Source of the DNA: Bacillota bacterium
GTDB taxonomy: Bacteria; Bacillota; Clostridia; Christensenellales; Aristaeellaceae
Length of the DNA stretch: 64,000 bases
Direction: 5' to 3'
Assembly (NCBI GenBank): GCA_023435435.1
Contig: JAEYRW010000085.1
Location: forward strand, 1,814-65,813
A model generated the notes under the pieces. That model was not told the origin of the DNA. It ran no database searches and saw only the letters and a program-made list of their open reading frames with translations. Shown here piece after piece: positions 62,414-64,000 of the stretch; positions within the stretch are counted from its first letter, which is position 1, and each line of letters starts with the position of its first letter. The position numbers were made by a program, and so were the translations under genes.

Positions 62414-63279
62414 TGGAAGACCTGAGTCTGTTTGTGCCAAAGGTTCATTTTGAGCAGATACCCATAAAAAATCTGGTATCCAATCAGGAGTACCAGCGTG
62501 ATCTATCGGCATCCCATATCCGTAAGACAGCGGAGAACTTCGACCTTTACCAAATCAACCCCGTGAAGGTCAGCCGCCGCAGCGGAGTCAATTACGTTTT
62601 TAATGGTCAGCATACAATTGAGATTGTCGCAACGGTGTCCGGCTCCCGTGAAACCCCCGTCTGGTGCATGATTTACGATGAACTGGACTATGTCCAGGAA
62701 GCGGATATTTTCGCCAATCAGCAAAAATACATCAGGCCCTTGCTTCCGTATGAAATCTTCATGGCAAATGTGGAAGCGGGCAATGATGACCAGCTTATGA
62801 TTAAGTGTTTGGTTGAATCGTACGGCCTTTCGATTACATCGGATAAAGTCCCGGGTGGTATATGCGCCGTCGCGACACTTGTCTATATTTATCAAAAATA
62901 TGGTTTCCACGTTTTAGACCGAACCCTGCGCTTATGCATTGGCACTTGGGAGGGCGATGCAAATTCCTTGTCTGCAAATATGTTAAGAGGGATCGCCCAC
63001 TTGATTGTCGCCTTTGGCGAGAATTTGAAAGACGACTTATTCAAGGCGAAAGTCGGCATTTTCTCTGCAAGGGAAATCGGGCGCACCGCGAAAGAGAGGA
63101 AAGCGGGGTCTCTTGGGTATGCGGAAGCCATGCTAATTGCTTACAACAAACGAATGAAAGCGGCATTAAAGTGGTCAAAGCTATATACAAACAAATTCAG
63201 CGTGTCGAATGAAAACGAATATCCGGATGCCAATGAAGATGATGTGGATCTCATTGATGAAGATGATGAGAATGCGTGA
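62410..63279 (+). CDS. ParB/DGQHR-like domain protein with an acidic tail
   Basis: ATGA overlap. IKNLVSNQEYQRDL...YVFNGQHTIE. C-terminal DANEDDVDLIDEDDENA. Confidence 0.65.
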   Translation: MMEDLSLFVPKVHFEQIPIKNLVSNQEYQRDLSASHIRKTAENFDLYQINPVKVSRRSGVNYVFNGQHTIEIVATVSGSRETPVWCMIYDELDYVQEADIFANQQKYIRPLLPYEIFMANVEAGNDDQLMIKCLVESYGLSITSDKVPGGICAVATLVYIYQKYGFHVLDRTLRLCIGTWEGDANSLSANMLRGIAHLIVAFGENLKDDLFKAKVGIFSAREIGRTAKERKAGSLGYAEAMLIAYNKRMKAALKWSKLYTNKFSVSNENEYPDANEDDVDLIDEDDENA

Positions 63280-63673
63280 ACCTTTCAAGGAAGATGACCA
63301 GCCCCGCAGTGATCAAGGCCACTGACGTCGGGCATCTCTCGGTGATAAAATATATTTGTGTTAAGCCCGTTTCGGGAAAGGTTCATTGAAATGGAAAAAA
63401 TGATTTGCTCCGTCGATGTGGCAATCGGCGAGACGTTTGGCGGAGCATAATCCGGAAGGCTTTCCTTTCGAGGATCGGCGGAAATAGGGGAGCTTAGGCG
63501 CGCGTGAGACGTGCCTGATAAGGTTTACCCTATTCCGGCGGCAAGAAGGAATATGGTTGGCCGGGGGCGGATCGCCCGCGGCCTTTTTGGTTGACAGGGG
63601 CAATGCGAAATGCAATGCGGCCATCAGACGGAAGGCAGAATTGTCTTCCGCATTTTATTTTTAGGGGAAAAGT

Positions 63674-64000
63674 ATGAATCACAATTCGCCGGGGTGTGCC
63701 GGAAATCGTAAGTTTAAACTGATACTGTGGCCCGACGCAAACAGACCCATGAAACGGGTCGCGTTCTGGAATGTGCTGATCGGCGTCGAGTCAGTTCCGG
63801 TCGGCATTATGATTGCCGAATCGCTGGCGCAGGCAGTTTCTTCCGTGGCGGGCACCGGAAATGATTCGCTTGCGCGGTTCGGGCTTTCTGAAGACCATTT
63901 CACGGGCGCCGTCGACGCGTCCAGGGACTGGATGAGCCGGCTGGTCGCGACGTGGACGGACGGAAAGGGCGAGACGAACGCCATTGTCAAGGGTTATCCA
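63674..64000 (+). CDS. hypothetical protein, 5' partial (open to the window end)
   Basis: ATG 63674 after AGGGGAAAAGT. The frame stays open for 109 codons to the edge. It is absent from the ORF track, probably because it has no stop. The listed minus-strand ORF 63679-63990 is its antisense shadow. Confidence 0.45.
   Translation, partial: MNHNSPGCAGNRKFKLILWPDANRPMKRVAFWNVLIGVESVPVGIMIAESLAQAVSSVAGTGNDSLARFGLSEDHFTGAVDASRDWMSRLVATWTDGKGETNAIVKGYP

Larger units (their letters stand above)
57961..64000. mobile_element. left part of a serine-recombinase integrative element (extends beyond the window; left boundary approximate)
   Basis: Same-strand module of XRE regulator, large serine recombinase, accessory proteins and two ParB-like proteins. 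Visibly lower GC than 0-55 kb. Confidence 0.55.

Noticed and set aside
63679-63990. A 103-aa minus-strand ORF
   Set aside because: The opposite strand carries an open frame with a plausible RBS/ATG (63674) that continues past the window edge. The minus-strand ORF is Ser/Thr/Pro-rich and lacks an RBS, so it is probably a shadow.
1-64000. CRISPR arrays, rRNA or tRNA genes, and toxin-antitoxin or defence systems
   Set aside because: I found no regularly spaced direct repeats, no rRNA- or tRNA-like sequence, and no recognisable defence-gene motifs anywhere in the window.

Overview
High-GC segment with Gram-positive-style GGAGG ribosome-binding sites and anaerobic-type cbi genes. A Clostridia-like origin is inference only.

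Layout:
(1) 1-15.4 kb, minus strand. One cobalamin-riboswitch-led operon: an exported CbiK homologue, an 818-aa lipoprotein (tandem repeats plus a BtuF-like domain), a FecCD permease and an ATPase, then cbiL-cbiET-cbiF-cbiG-cbiH-cbiD-cobO-cbiC-cbiA-cobD-cbiJ-cbiP. Almost all junctions are 4-nt ATGA/GTGA overlaps.
(2) 15.6-28.2 kb. An AraC regulator with a heterodimeric exporter-fold ABC pair, a 109-aa DtxR-like regulator, DUF3793 plus flavodoxin, a hydantoinase-family gene, and a second chelate-type importer in which one permease carries an in-frame TAG.
(3) 28.4-39.7 kb. A URO-D-family gene, an AraC fragment, YfhO, and an Opp/Nik-type importer plus a metallophosphoesterase.
(4) 39.9-55.3 kb. 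This is the most interesting part. Two paralogous loci embed nitrogenase-like genes (a NifH-like ATPase plus a NifD/K-like pair) in FecBCD/BtuCDF-type importer operons. Locus A looks intact. Locus B has a frameshifted D-like gene and a 12-nt deletion in the H-like Walker B/switch II region. A decayed MATE gene lies between them.
(5) 55.3-64 kb, visibly lower GC. A SulP transporter and the left part of a serine-recombinase integrative element.

A 14-bp palindromic motif, TTAG-N6-CTAA, recurs at nine promoter- or RBS-proximal sites. These lie in front of the DtxR-like gene, the flavodoxin operon, the AraC/ABC pair, a chelate importer and both nitrogenase-like loci. This suggests a single metal-responsive regulon, probably iron-responsive.

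No rRNA, tRNA or CRISPR array was seen. All family assignments rest on motif recognition by eye; no searches were run.
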